From assembly GCA_040289515.1 (NCBI GenBank), contig PSLI01000024.1:1-33760 (forward strand): DNA of 33,760 nt. Direction: 5' to 3'. This document shows positions 23,367 to 32,487 of the stretch, one piece after another (the stretch's first letter is position 1; each line of letters opens with the position of its first letter). The notes beneath the pieces are model-generated. The model was not told where the DNA came from, searched no databases, and worked only from the letters and a program-made list of their open reading frames with translations. Origin of the DNA: Candidatus Sysuimicrobiota bacterium (GTDB lineage Bacteria; Sysuimicrobiota; Sysuimicrobiia; Sysuimicrobiales; Sysuimicrobiaceae). Made by a program: the position numbers and the translations under genes.

Positions 23367-23598
23367 CCGGGCAGTCACCGTCGCCACCGCGCACCGCGAG
23401 CGCTCCTGAATTCTCCGGCACACCCCCACTCGTCGGGGCCCGGGAGCATGAGTGCAACACGACCACGTCCGGCTGCAGCCGTGCGAATTGCCCCTGGGCC
23501 TGGACGCCGTCCGAAGCTACCTCGATTCGGAATTCCTCCGGCTCCAGCTACCTGCGCACGAGCCGCGCGATGTCCGCCTCGTCCTCCACTACCAGAGC
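23367..23598 (-). pseudogene. decayed response-regulator receiver domain (OmpR-like)
   Basis: Manual translation: ALVVEDEADIARLVRR*LEPEEFRIEVASDGVQAQGQFARLQPDVVVLH / MLPGPD / VGVCRRIQERSRCAVATVTAR; in-frame TAG at 23548-23550 and two frameshifts. Confidence 0.85.
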
Positions 23599-23656
23599 GG
23601 TCGGAGGGCAGGAGAGCTGCGGTACACCCGCGCGCCGAATCCTATGGGCCGGGCTG

Positions 23657-24652
23657 TCAAGGCCGCACCCCCAGCACCAGCTCCACCTCCATCACCCGCG
23701 TGAGCCGCACCACGCGCAGCCGCACCCGGTCACCGGGCTCCCGTTCCGCCAGCAACGTCAGAAGATCCTCCATGGTTTCCACGGGCCGCCCATCCAGGGC
23801 CACGATGACGTCCCCGGGGAGCCCGTTCGCGGCGTCGGGCCGCAGTCCTGCCCGGTCCGCGGGCGCATCCGGGAACACCTCCACCACCAGCACACCCCGC
23901 TGCACCGCAAGACCGCGCTCCCGCGCCACCTCCGGTGTCACCGTGGTCCCCAGGATCCCGATCCATGCTCGGTCTACCCGGGCGCCGGCCACGAGGCGGG
24001 GCAGCACCTGCGCCACTGCGGCGCTGCTCACCGCCAGCCCTCCCTCCGCACCCGGCCGCGCGGAGATGGCCACCACCAGTCCCACCACCTCGCCCCGGAC
24101 GTTCAGCACCGGAGCTCCCGAGCTACCGGGCGCCACCTCCGCACTTACCCGGATGAGGATTCCCGGCACCAGGCCCGGGATCGTGAGCCCCACATCCAGA
24201 ACGACCCCGGTGGTGAGCACCTTGGGGCGGCCCTGGGGATTCCCGATGACCGCCACGCGCTCTCCCACGTGCAAGGTGGAAGCGTCCGCCAGCCGCAGGA
24301 AGGGTAGTCCCGCGGCCTCCACCCGCAACAGGGCCACGTCCCGGCGCGCGTCGTAACCCACCAGCCGACCGACAAGCCGACGGTTTGGCTCGAACTCCAA
24401 CCAGATGCGCTCCGCACCCCGCACCACGTGCGCCGCGGTAAGCACCAGGCCGTCCCGCGAGATGGCGAACGCGCTGCCCGTCCCCTGGCGGTCCTCCTGC
24501 ACGGTGCGTACAAGGGCCACCGCGGGGGAGGCACGCTCGTACAGGGCGAGGGGAGAGAAAACCTGCGGGCTGGCCGCTGCGGTCACCACCAGCACGGCCA
24601 CCGCAGCCAGCCACACGGCCCGCATCACAGGTACGCCAGCAACCGCCCGCAT
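23657..24652 (-). CDS. HtrA/DegP-like trypsin serine protease with one PDZ domain
   Basis: Signal-like N-terminus, GTGSAF, LTAAHVV, DVALL, APGSSGAP, PADRAGL..GDVI PDZ; start may be 24625. Confidence 0.9.
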   Translation of the reverse strand: MRAVAGVPVMRAVWLAAVAVLVVTAAASPQVFSPLALYERASPAVALVRTVQEDRQGTGSAFAISRDGLVLTAAHVVRGAERIWLEFEPNRRLVGRLVGYDARRDVALLRVEAAGLPFLRLADASTLHVGERVAVIGNPQGRPKVLTTGVVLDVGLTIPGLVPGILIRVSAEVAPGSSGAPVLNVRGEVVGLVVAISARPGAEGGLAVSSAAVAQVLPRLVAGARVDRAWIGILGTTVTPEVARERGLAVQRGVLVVEVFPDAPADRAGLRPDAANGLPGDVIVALDGRPVETMEDLLTLLAEREPGDRVRLRVVRLTRVMEVELVLGVRP

Positions 24653-24834
24653 GCCACGGCGGCCGCCCACACCGTCCAGGACACCCGACCCAGCAGCCGC
24701 GCCGCCAACCCCATCTTGGCCGGGAAGACGGGGTCCGCTGTCAGGAGCCCGACGGGGGCGCCGCCGGAAGCCCTCCCTTCTCCCTTTTTACAGCGGGGCC
24801 CGAACCGTCAACCTCCTGTGAAGGCGACCGTTGG

Positions 24835-25539
24835 CTAGTGCAGCCCGCTGCGGCGCATCAGCCGCTGGAACTCTCGCTTGCGGCGCCAGCGCCGGTACGC
24901 CTCCACGGGCCCCAAACCACGTAACGGTGCCCGCCCTCCGAACTGGCCGGAAGCGTACGCCCAGCTCAGCGCGCAGCCCGCGAGGGCAAAAACCCCTAGG
25001 GGGAAGGGAAACGAGAAGAACACCACCGCCGCCGCCAGCGGCCCCACCCACCGCCCTTCCACGGGCACCGCCAAGTACAACAACAGGCGCTCGTGGGGGT
25101 TCAGCACCGACCAGGCCACCGAGCACGCCGCCACAGGCAGCCACAGCCCCGAAAGCGCCACCCCCTGGTTCAGCCAGGCCGCCGCCAGCCACAGGGCCAT
25201 CGCGGGTGTCGGCGTGGTGAGCAGCAGGAAACGCACGTAGTCCCGGGGCAGCCAGCTACGCTCCAGGCTGCCTCCGAACACCCACAGCACGTACGCGGAC
25301 AGCACGAGGGAGATCACGGACCCGCTCCCGTCCAGCGCGTACGTGAGCACCGTCCACGGGCGTGCCGCCACGGCGGAGGGGGAAAAGGACAGGGCGAGGT
25401 CGAGCCCCACAAACGAAGCCAGGAAGGTGGCCGTGTTGGCCCCGATCCACGTCCACGTGACCGGGCAGGATCCAGGCAGCGAACTCCACCATTGGGCTCT
25501 CACGGGTCTGTACCTTGCCTTCGCAGCGTCTCTCTCCAT
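24835..25539 (-). CDS. rhomboid-like intramembrane protein, apparently lacking catalytic residues
   Basis: PVT...I.AN, PWTVLTY, LWVFGGSLERSW, NP..RLLLY..VPV..RW pattern, multiple TM helices; start uncertain. Confidence 0.75.
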   Translation of the reverse strand: MERDAAKARYRPVRAQWWSSLPGSCPVTWTWIGANTATFLASFVGLDLALSFSPSAVAARPWTVLTYALDGSGSVISLVLSAYVLWVFGGSLERSWLPRDYVRFLLLTTPTPAMALWLAAAWLNQGVALSGLWLPVAACSVAWSVLNPHERLLLYLAVPVEGRWVGPLAAAVVFFSFPFPLGVFALAGCALSWAYASGQFGGRAPLRGLGPVEAYRRWRRKREFQRLMRRSGLH

Positions 25540-25631
25540 GCTGGCCCCGGGGCCCCGGGGGGTCAAGACGGTCGCCTCCCGGGCGGCGATCCGTAGGACG
25601 CTACCCTGGCGGGGTGGGGTTCCGGCATAGC

Positions 25632-25790
25632 GGAGCGGTAGACCCTGCGGGACTCCTGGTGGTGGCCAGTGCGGGCGCAGACTCCCTGACGCTGTACGCT
25701 CCGGGAGCCGCCGGGAACACCACACCGCTGCGCACTGTGGGAGGACCGCGCACAGGCCTGGGCCTTCCGTGGGGCGTGACGGTGCGGCCG
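25632..25790 (+). pseudogene. isolated NHL/beta-propeller-like repeat remnant
   Basis: GAVDPAGLLVVASAGADSLTLYAPGAAGNTTPLRTVGGPRTGLGLPWGVTV resembles one propeller blade; no credible start, and flanking frame is non-protein-like. Confidence 0.55.
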
Positions 25791-25802
25791 TGGCCGAAAA
25801 AG

Positions 25803-26261
25803 TCACCGAACCAGCCACCGGAGCCCCGCCAGCACGCCAGCGCTGGCCGCGGTCACCGCGGCGCCTGCCAGCACCACACCCATCGCCACCGCGGTCCACG
25901 CCCGTCCCCTCGGCAGGCCCACCAGCCAGCCCAAAAGCGTGCCTGCGTAGGCACCGGTCCCCGGCAGGGGCAGCGCCACGAACAGCACTAGACCCCACGC
26001 GGCGTAGCGCCTCACGTACCCCTCCCCGCGCCGCCGGACCCGCTCCACCTGCCGGGCCACCCACGGCCACCGGGACAGCCAGTGCACATCCAGCCAGTCT
26101 AGGAGGATCCAGCTCACCGGGACGACCAGCAGGTTCGCCGCGGTGCACACCGCGAACGCTACGAAAGGCTCCGTACCCAAAGCCAGCGCCACCGGGATGG
26201 AACCCCGAAGCTCCACCCACGGCACGAGGCTGAGGGCCGCCGCCCACCACAAGGCGCTCAC
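25803..26261 (-). CDS. COG2426 / small multi-drug export family membrane protein
   Basis: PWVELRGSIP and GLVLFVALPLPGTGAY signatures; GTG overlaps upstream TGA (GTGA). Confidence 0.88.
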   Translation of the reverse strand: MSALWWAAALSLVPWVELRGSIPVALALGTEPFVAFAVCTAANLLVVPVSWILLDWLDVHWLSRWPWVARQVERVRRRGEGYVRRYAAWGLVLFVALPLPGTGAYAGTLLGWLVGLPRGRAWTAVAMGVVLAGAAVTAASAGVLAGLRWLVR

Positions 26262-27214
26262 CGCAGGCTCCGGAGGCGTTCCTGCCTCAGCCGGCGCCGT
26301 TGCTCCGCCTGCTGGAACCTCCGGCGCTCCGCCTCGCTTCCTGGTTCGTAGGGCGGCAGGGGCTGCGGGCGGCCCGCTGCGTCCGTGTGCACCAGGGTGA
26401 CGAAGGTGCTGCACGTATGCTGCTCCCGGCCCGAAAAGGGGTCCTCGCTCAGCACCCGAACCCCCACCTCCATGGAACTCCGTCCCACGTAGTTCAGCGC
26501 CGCACGGTAGTGCACGATCTGCCCCACCCGCACCGGGGAAAGAAAGTCCAGGGCATCCACCGAGGCGGTGACCACCGGACCGCGGGCGTAACGTATCGCC
26601 ACCACGGACGCCACTTCGTCCAGGTCCATGAGGAGGCGCCCCGCGAACATGAGGTTGCCCGTAATGGCGTCCTCGGGGAACACCACGCGACAGGTCTCCA
26701 GGTGATGGCGGGGGGGAGGTTCCTCCGCCTCGGGCTGCCGCCGTTGCGCGATCCGCACCAGCCGCCGCGCACGCCGCCACCGGGCCTCTGCCTGCAGCCG
26801 CTCCTCCTCCGGGTCCGCGGCAACCACCTGCACGCCCACGGGCCTGGGCCGGCCACCGGCCTCCACTGCCACGAAGGCCAGAAACGCCCGCGTGGCCGGC
26901 CTCCGCATGCCGCTGGCGGGGTCCTCCGCGTGCACGGTCACCTCCACCTCCATGGAGGACCGACTCACCAACAGGACCGTGGCAGCCAGCTGCACGATCT
27001 CGCCCGCCCGCACCGGCTGCAGGAAGTCCAGCTCGTCCATGGAGCCCAGCACCACCAGCCCGCGCGCCAGCCGGGAGGCCGCCAGGGTTCCCGCGGTGAC
27101 GATCCAGCTCATCATGCGCCCGCCGTACAGAGACCCGCGGGCGTTGGTGTGCTCCGGGAAAACCATCTCCACCACTTCCGCGCGGGTCTGGCCCGGCCGG
27201 ACGGAGAAGGTCAT
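26258..27214 (-). CDS. acyl-CoA thioesterase with tandem hot-dog domains
   Basis: Two repeats: VFPEHTN..GSLYGG...FLQPV..G...SRSSMEV and VFPEDA..GNLMFAG...FLSPV..G...GRSSMEV. Confidence 0.9.
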   Translation of the reverse strand: MTFSVRPGQTRAEVVEMVFPEHTNARGSLYGGRMMSWIVTAGTLAASRLARGLVVLGSMDELDFLQPVRAGEIVQLAATVLLVSRSSMEVEVTVHAEDPASGMRRPATRAFLAFVAVEAGGRPRPVGVQVVAADPEEERLQAEARWRRARRLVRIAQRRQPEAEEPPPRHHLETCRVVFPEDAITGNLMFAGRLLMDLDEVASVVAIRYARGPVVTASVDALDFLSPVRVGQIVHYRAALNYVGRSSMEVGVRVLSEDPFSGREQHTCSTFVTLVHTDAAGRPQPLPPYEPGSEAERRRFQQAEQRRRLRQERLRSLR

Positions 27215-27221
27215 GGCACGG

Positions 27222-28988
27222 TCAGCAGGCGTCGCCGGTGGACACGGGCCCTGCCACCCGCGCCCAGGCCCGGTACCACGAGGTGATGGGCAGCCTGCGG
27301 TCCCGCCCGAAGGCCTTCGGGGTGATTTTCACACCGGGCGGGGCCTGCCGCCGCTTGTACTCGCTCCGGTCCACCATCCGCACCACCCGGGCCACCACCT
27401 CCGGGTCGAACCCGCAGCGTACGATGTCCTCGGGCGGCATGTCCCGCTCCACGTACAGCTCCAGGATGGGGTCCAGCACCTCGTAGGGGGGCAGCGCTTC
27501 CTGATCCGTCTGGCCAGGCCGCAGCTCCGCGGTGGGCGCCCGCGTGAGCACTCCTTCCGGGATCACCGCCTCCCGGCGGTTCCGCCAGCGCGCCAGGGCG
27601 TACACGAGGGTCTTCGGCACGTCCTTCAACACCGCGAACCCGCCCGCCATGTCGCCGTACAGGGTGGCGTAGCCTACGCTGAGCTCGCTCTTGTTCCCCG
27701 TGGTGAGCACGATGCCGCCCCGTTTGTTGGTCAGAGCCATGAGGTAATTACCCCGGATGCGCGCCTGCAGGTTCTCCTCCGTTACGTCCCGAGGAAGCCC
27801 GCCGAAGGCGGGCTCCAGGGCCTCCAGGTACGCCTGGAAGGGACCGTGGATGGGCAGTACCAGCAGGCGGATGTTCAGGTTACGGGCCAGCTCCTCCGCA
27901 TAGCGCACGCTCTCGGGCGAGGTGTACGGGGACGGCATGGAAACTCCCACCACGGACTCGGGGCCGAGGGCGTCTGCCGCCACCGTGGCCACCAGGGAGG
28001 AGTCCACACCGCCCGACAGGCCCACGAACACCTGCCGGAATCCGTTCTTGCGCACGTAGTCCCGCGTGCCCACCACCAGGGCCCGGTACACCTCCTCCAG
28101 ATCCGGCAGGGGGTCTGCCACCGCAGCCTGCGCGGGCACGGAGGGCTCCTGCAAGCGCACATCGACGGGCACGGTGGGGCACAAGGAGAGGTCGCCCACG
28201 GGGAACCGCTCCGCCTCCTCCACCCCGGTGCGCCGGGCCCGGTGCCGCCGGCAGGCGGCCACGTCCACGTCGCACACCAGGAGGGTCTCTTCGAACTGCG
28301 GCGCCCGGGCCAGCACCTGACCCAACTGGTCCACCACCACGCTATCCCCGTCGAACACCAACTCGTCCTGGCCGCCCACCTGGTTCACGTAGCACACCAC
28401 CACCCCGCAGTCCCGGGCCCGGGTGCGCAGCATCTCCTCACGCTCCCGCCACTTGCCGCGGTGGTACGGGGATCCGTTGAGGTTGAACACCACCAGGGCC
28501 CCGGCCCGCGCCTGGAGGGTGCAGGGGCCGTCGGGAAACCAGATATCCTCGCAGATGTTCACCGCCACGGGCAAGTCCCCCAGGAGGAACACGGGCGCCT
28601 GGTGGCCCGGTGCGAAGTAGCGCTTCTCGTCGAACACCCCGTAGTTGGGTAGCAGCCGCTTGTGGTACACGCCCTGCACCCGGCCCCCCGCGCACACCGC
28701 GGCCGCGTTGTACAGGTAGTTCGCCCGGTCCACGAACCCCACCACCGCCACCAGGTCGGTGGCGTGGCAGGCCACTTCCTGCACGGCGGCCAGGTTGGCC
28801 TCCACGAAATCCGGCTTGAGCAGCAGATCCTCCGGTGGGTACCCGGTAACCGCCAGCTCCGGGAACAGCACCACGTGCACGTCCTGCTGCCGGGCCCGGT
28901 GGATCTGCTCCACCATGCGACGCACGTTGCCCTCCAGGTCTCCCACCACGGGGTCGATCTGGGCCAGGGCCACGCGAAGCCGCCGCAT
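27222..28988 (-). CDS. nadE: glutamine-dependent NAD+ synthetase
   Basis: Nitrilase-fold triad (FPEL, YHK, ICED), GLSGGVDS, ENLQARIRG, TGNKSE, YGDMAGG, EYKRRQAPPG. Confidence 0.97.
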   Translation of the reverse strand: MRRLRVALAQIDPVVGDLEGNVRRMVEQIHRARQQDVHVVLFPELAVTGYPPEDLLLKPDFVEANLAAVQEVACHATDLVAVVGFVDRANYLYNAAAVCAGGRVQGVYHKRLLPNYGVFDEKRYFAPGHQAPVFLLGDLPVAVNICEDIWFPDGPCTLQARAGALVVFNLNGSPYHRGKWREREEMLRTRARDCGVVVCYVNQVGGQDELVFDGDSVVVDQLGQVLARAPQFEETLLVCDVDVAACRRHRARRTGVEEAERFPVGDLSLCPTVPVDVRLQEPSVPAQAAVADPLPDLEEVYRALVVGTRDYVRKNGFRQVFVGLSGGVDSSLVATVAADALGPESVVGVSMPSPYTSPESVRYAEELARNLNIRLLVLPIHGPFQAYLEALEPAFGGLPRDVTEENLQARIRGNYLMALTNKRGGIVLTTGNKSELSVGYATLYGDMAGGFAVLKDVPKTLVYALARWRNRREAVIPEGVLTRAPTAELRPGQTDQEALPPYEVLDPILELYVERDMPPEDIVRCGFDPEVVARVVRMVDRSEYKRRQAPPGVKITPKAFGRDRRLPITSWYRAWARVAGPVSTGDAC

Positions 28989-29027
28989 CCCCCAGCAGTA
29001 TCGCGCAAGGCAGGGCCCGTGGGAAGG

Positions 29028-30398
29028 TCACTGCAGGCGCTGGAGTTCGTACAGAAACCGGATCACCGCCTCTACCCCACCCCACAGGAGGGGAAGGTTC
29101 ACCTTCTCGTTGGGCGCGTGCAGGTTGTCGTCGGGCAACCCGAAGCCCGTGACCACCACGGGCTGTTTCAGCACCCGGCTGAAGAGATCCACCACGGGCA
29201 CCGAACCTCCCATGCGCACGAACCGGGCAGGCGCTCCATACGTGGCCGACCAGGCGCGCGCAGCCGCCTGTACCGCGGGTTCGTCGGGGGAGATCACCCA
29301 GGGTCGGCCGGTGTGCAGCTTGCGAACCGAGACCTCGTACGCGGGGTGCGCGTGCCGGAGCAGGTAGCGCTCGAAGGCCCGGTACACGCGGTCGGGGTTC
29401 TGATCGGGCACCAAGCGCATGCTCACCTTCGCCACGCACCGGGCCGGCAGCACCGTCTTGGCTCCGGGGCCGCTGAACCCGCCCCCCATGCCGTGGATCT
29501 CCAGGGTGGGCCGCACCCACAGCCGCTCCAACACGGAGTAGCCTTCCTCCCCCACCACGCCGCGGGCACCGATGCTGCGGGCGAACGTCTCCTTGTCCAT
29601 GGGCAGATCCTTCCACGAGGCCCGCTCCGCCTGCGAGGGCTCCCGCACGGCGCGGTAGAACCCAGGGATGCGGATGCGCCCCCGCCGGTCCCGCAGGGAG
29701 GCCAGCAGCCTCACCATCTCGTGAAACGGGTTGGGTGCAGTTCCGCCGAAGGTGCCAGAGTGCAGATCCGTGGCGGGGCCCCGCACCTCCACCTCGGTGT
29801 ACAGAATGCCCCGCAGCCCCACGGTGACCGAGGGGATGCCCGGCGCCACGAAGCCGGAATCCATCACCAAGGCACAGTCCGCTCGCAGCCGCCGGCGGTG
29901 GCGGGGCACGTAGCGGGCGATCTCCGTCCCGCTGCTCTCCTCCTCCCCCTCCGCCAGCACCTTCACGTTCACCGGAAGCCCCTCGGTGGCCAGCAGGCTC
30001 TCCAACGCCTTCACGGTGGCGAACACGTGCCCCTTGTCGTCGGAGGCGCCGCGCGCGTACAGGTTGTCACCCCGTACCGTGGGCTCGAAGGGGGGACTCT
30101 CCCACAGCTCCAGAGGATCCGCCGGCTGCACGTCGTAGTGGCCATAGATGAGCACCGTAGGCGCTCCCACCCGCTCCACCCACTCCCCGTACACCAGGGG
30201 GTGCTGTCGCTGGGAGGGAACCACCTCCACCCGGCGCAGGCCCGCCCGCCGCATGTGGTCCGCCAGCCACCGGGCGGCACGCTCGCAGTCCGGCCCGTGC
30301 TCCGGAAGGGTGCTCACGCTGGGGATGCTAAGCCACTCCTTCAGTTCCTCCAAAAAGCTCGCGCGACGCTCCCGGGCATACGCGATGGCGTGCTCCAT
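29028..30398 (-). CDS. M20 family metallo-dipeptidase (ArgE/DapE-like)
   Basis: YGHYDVQP, ARGASDDKG, EGEEE, DLHSG, HAPNE; ATG at 30398 behind GGAGG. Confidence 0.92.
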   Translation of the reverse strand: MEHAIAYARERRASFLEELKEWLSIPSVSTLPEHGPDCERAARWLADHMRRAGLRRVEVVPSQRQHPLVYGEWVERVGAPTVLIYGHYDVQPADPLELWESPPFEPTVRGDNLYARGASDDKGHVFATVKALESLLATEGLPVNVKVLAEGEEESSGTEIARYVPRHRRRLRADCALVMDSGFVAPGIPSVTVGLRGILYTEVEVRGPATDLHSGTFGGTAPNPFHEMVRLLASLRDRRGRIRIPGFYRAVREPSQAERASWKDLPMDKETFARSIGARGVVGEEGYSVLERLWVRPTLEIHGMGGGFSGPGAKTVLPARCVAKVSMRLVPDQNPDRVYRAFERYLLRHAHPAYEVSVRKLHTGRPWVISPDEPAVQAAARAWSATYGAPARFVRMGGSVPVVDLFSRVLKQPVVVTGFGLPDDNLHAPNEKVNLPLLWGGVEAVIRFLYELQRLQ

Positions 30399-30574
30399 GA
30401 AGTCCTCCGCAGATGGCCGGTTCCCTTTCGAACTACGACCCGCCCACCGCGGAACCCTCCCGGCTCGCGCTCGGAGCACGGCGCCGCGAGGAGGACCCAC
30501 GGTAAACTGGGAGGCAGCAGCCCGCAGGCCGGGGCGGAACCGTCTTGCTGGCCTGGGGGAAGGGGGGGATCGCC

Positions 30575-31648
30575 ATGACGGACCGGGTGGTGGAGCTGTT
30601 CCGGGAGCTGACGGAGGCGCCCGGGGTTCCGGGGTTTGAGGAGCCGGTGCGCGCGGTGCTGCGCAAGCACCTGAGCCCCCTGGGGGAGATCCTGCAGGAC
30701 CGGCTGGGCAGCCTCGTGGCGCGCAAGCAAGGGACCAGCGCCCAGCCCAAGGTGATGGTGGCGGGCCATATGGACGAGATCGGGTTCCTGGTAACCCGCA
30801 TTACGGAGGAGGGCTACCTCAAGTTCCAGACCCTCGGCGGCTGGTGGTCGCAGGTGATGCTGGCGCAGCGGGTCCGGGTGTGGACGCGCCAGGGACCCGT
30901 GCTGGGCGTGATCGGCAGTAAGCCGCCCCACCTGCTGGACGAGGAGGAACGGAAGAAGCCGGTGGATCCCAAGGACATGTACATCGACGTGGGCGCCACC
31001 AGCCGAGAGGAAGCCGAGCGGTTCGGGATCCGGCCCGGGGATCCCGTGGTTCCCGAGTCTCCCTTTTCGGTGCTCCACAACCCCCGGTTGATGGTGGCCA
31101 AGGCGTGGGACAACCGCTTCGGCTGTGCCGCGGTGGTGGAGATCCTGCGGGCACTGCACGAGGAGCCACACCCCAACACCGTGTACGGGGTGTGCAGCGT
31201 GCAGGAGGAGGTGGGCCTGCGGGGCGCCCAGACGGCCACGCACCTGGTCCAGCCCGACGTGGGCATCGCCCTGGATACGGGGATCGCGGGCGACACGCCG
31301 GCCGTCAAACCAGACGAGGCGCAGGCCAAACTCGGCAAGGGACCTGTCATCCTCCTGTACGACGCCAGCATGATCCCCCACGTGCGCCTTCGGGACCTGG
31401 TGGTGGAGGTGGCGGAGACAGAGGGGATCCCTTACCAGTTTGACCGCGTGGCGCGGGGCGGAACGGACGCGGGACGCATCCACACGTTCGGCGTGGGCGT
31501 GCCCTCCATCGTAATCGGCGCTCCCGTGCGCTACATCCACAGCCACAACGCGGTCCTGCACCGGGACGACTTCGACCACGCGGTGCGGCTGGTCACCGCC
31601 GTGATCCGGCGGCTGGACGCGGCCACGCTGGAGCATTTGGTGAGCTGA
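30575..31648 (+). CDS. M42 family aminopeptidase (TET-like)
   Basis: GHMDEIG, KAWDNR, QEEVGLRGA, GGTDAG, YIHS; ATG at 30575. Confidence 0.94.
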   Translation: MTDRVVELFRELTEAPGVPGFEEPVRAVLRKHLSPLGEILQDRLGSLVARKQGTSAQPKVMVAGHMDEIGFLVTRITEEGYLKFQTLGGWWSQVMLAQRVRVWTRQGPVLGVIGSKPPHLLDEEERKKPVDPKDMYIDVGATSREEAERFGIRPGDPVVPESPFSVLHNPRLMVAKAWDNRFGCAAVVEILRALHEEPHPNTVYGVCSVQEEVGLRGAQTATHLVQPDVGIALDTGIAGDTPAVKPDEAQAKLGKGPVILLYDASMIPHVRLRDLVVEVAETEGIPYQFDRVARGGTDAGRIHTFGVGVPSIVIGAPVRYIHSHNAVLHRDDFDHAVRLVTAVIRRLDAATLEHLVS

Positions 31649-32487
31649 TGCTGCCGCAGAGCCCCACGGCCCTGTGGTTGGCCCGGCTGGCGAACGCGCA
31701 GGGCCGCCGGCGGCTGGGCCGTTATCTGCTGGCCGGCTGCGCGGGAGGCTTTCTGGCGACCTCCGGCGCGCTGGGTTGGGAACGGTGGTTCTTCTGGGCC
31801 ATGCTGTGGGGGGCGGCGGTGTTCGTGCCCCTGCGGCTGGCGGTGGAGCTGGCAGGCGCCCGGGGACAGCATGTGCGGGTTGCCTACCGGCAAGCGTTCC
31901 CCGACCGCGTGACCGCGGGCAACTTGCCCCTGGTGGTGCAGGGGGTGTACGAACGGGAGGTGCTGATGCCCCGCATCGCCACCCCGCCCTACGTGGCAAA
32001 GGTGCAGGAGACGGTGGTGGCGGTGGGGCGGGCGGCCCTGGCCACCTCCCAGCCGGGAGAAGTCCTGCGGCGCGCTGCTTGGCGGCTGGTGGGCGTGGCG
32101 GACGGGTGGATAGTGGAGATGCGAGTGCAGCGGGAGCGGGATCCCGCCTCCACCAACATCCAGGCCCGGTGGCAGGAAGTCCGGTCACTGGCGGTGCTGG
32201 CGGCGGCAGCGCGGGTGCTGGTGGCCCTCTCGGAGGAGCTGGGCGGCCAGCCCTTCCACGTACCCGGCCTGGATGCGGAGCAGGTGCGGGCGTTTTTGGA
32301 CGACGCCTTGGCGTACCTGGATCGCGCCGCCTTGGACCCCGACGTGCCCCCGTGGCACGGGACCCCCCTGGGCGTATGGACCCCGGAGGTGGTGGAGCTG
32401 CGCAGCCGGTGGGAGCACTACCTGGAGGTGGTGGGGCCGGCTCCCTCGCGCCTGGCTGCGGTGGTGGAGGAGCTGGTGGTAGGATGA
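31648..32487 (+). CDS. hypothetical protein with two N-terminal hydrophobic segments
   Basis: Overlaps both neighbours (TGATG and ATGA), GC3-rich codon usage; no family recognised. Confidence 0.75.
   Translation: MLPQSPTALWLARLANAQGRRRLGRYLLAGCAGGFLATSGALGWERWFFWAMLWGAAVFVPLRLAVELAGARGQHVRVAYRQAFPDRVTAGNLPLVVQGVYEREVLMPRIATPPYVAKVQETVVAVGRAALATSQPGEVLRRAAWRLVGVADGWIVEMRVQRERDPASTNIQARWQEVRSLAVLAAAARVLVALSEELGGQPFHVPGLDAEQVRAFLDDALAYLDRAALDPDVPPWHGTPLGVWTPEVVELRSRWEHYLEVVGPAPSRLAAVVEELVVG

Noticed and set aside
21285..23429. Apparent 714-aa DapF fusion
   Set aside because: Extension is an off-frame reading of ddl; real start is ATG 22154
23548..23550. In-frame TAG as possible pyrrolysine or read-through codon
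   Set aside because: Accompanied by frameshifts and loss of the phospho-acceptor Asp, so simple decay is likelier
23310..23703. Possible ncRNA (tmRNA-like) or plus-strand 83-aa ORF in the ddl-htrA gap
   Set aside because: No tRNA-like ends; better explained as the antisense of the receiver-domain pseudogene
24653..24834. TTGACG...TAAAAA promoter or structured RNA before htrA
   Set aside because: Spacer is only 15 nt and no convincing fold or family
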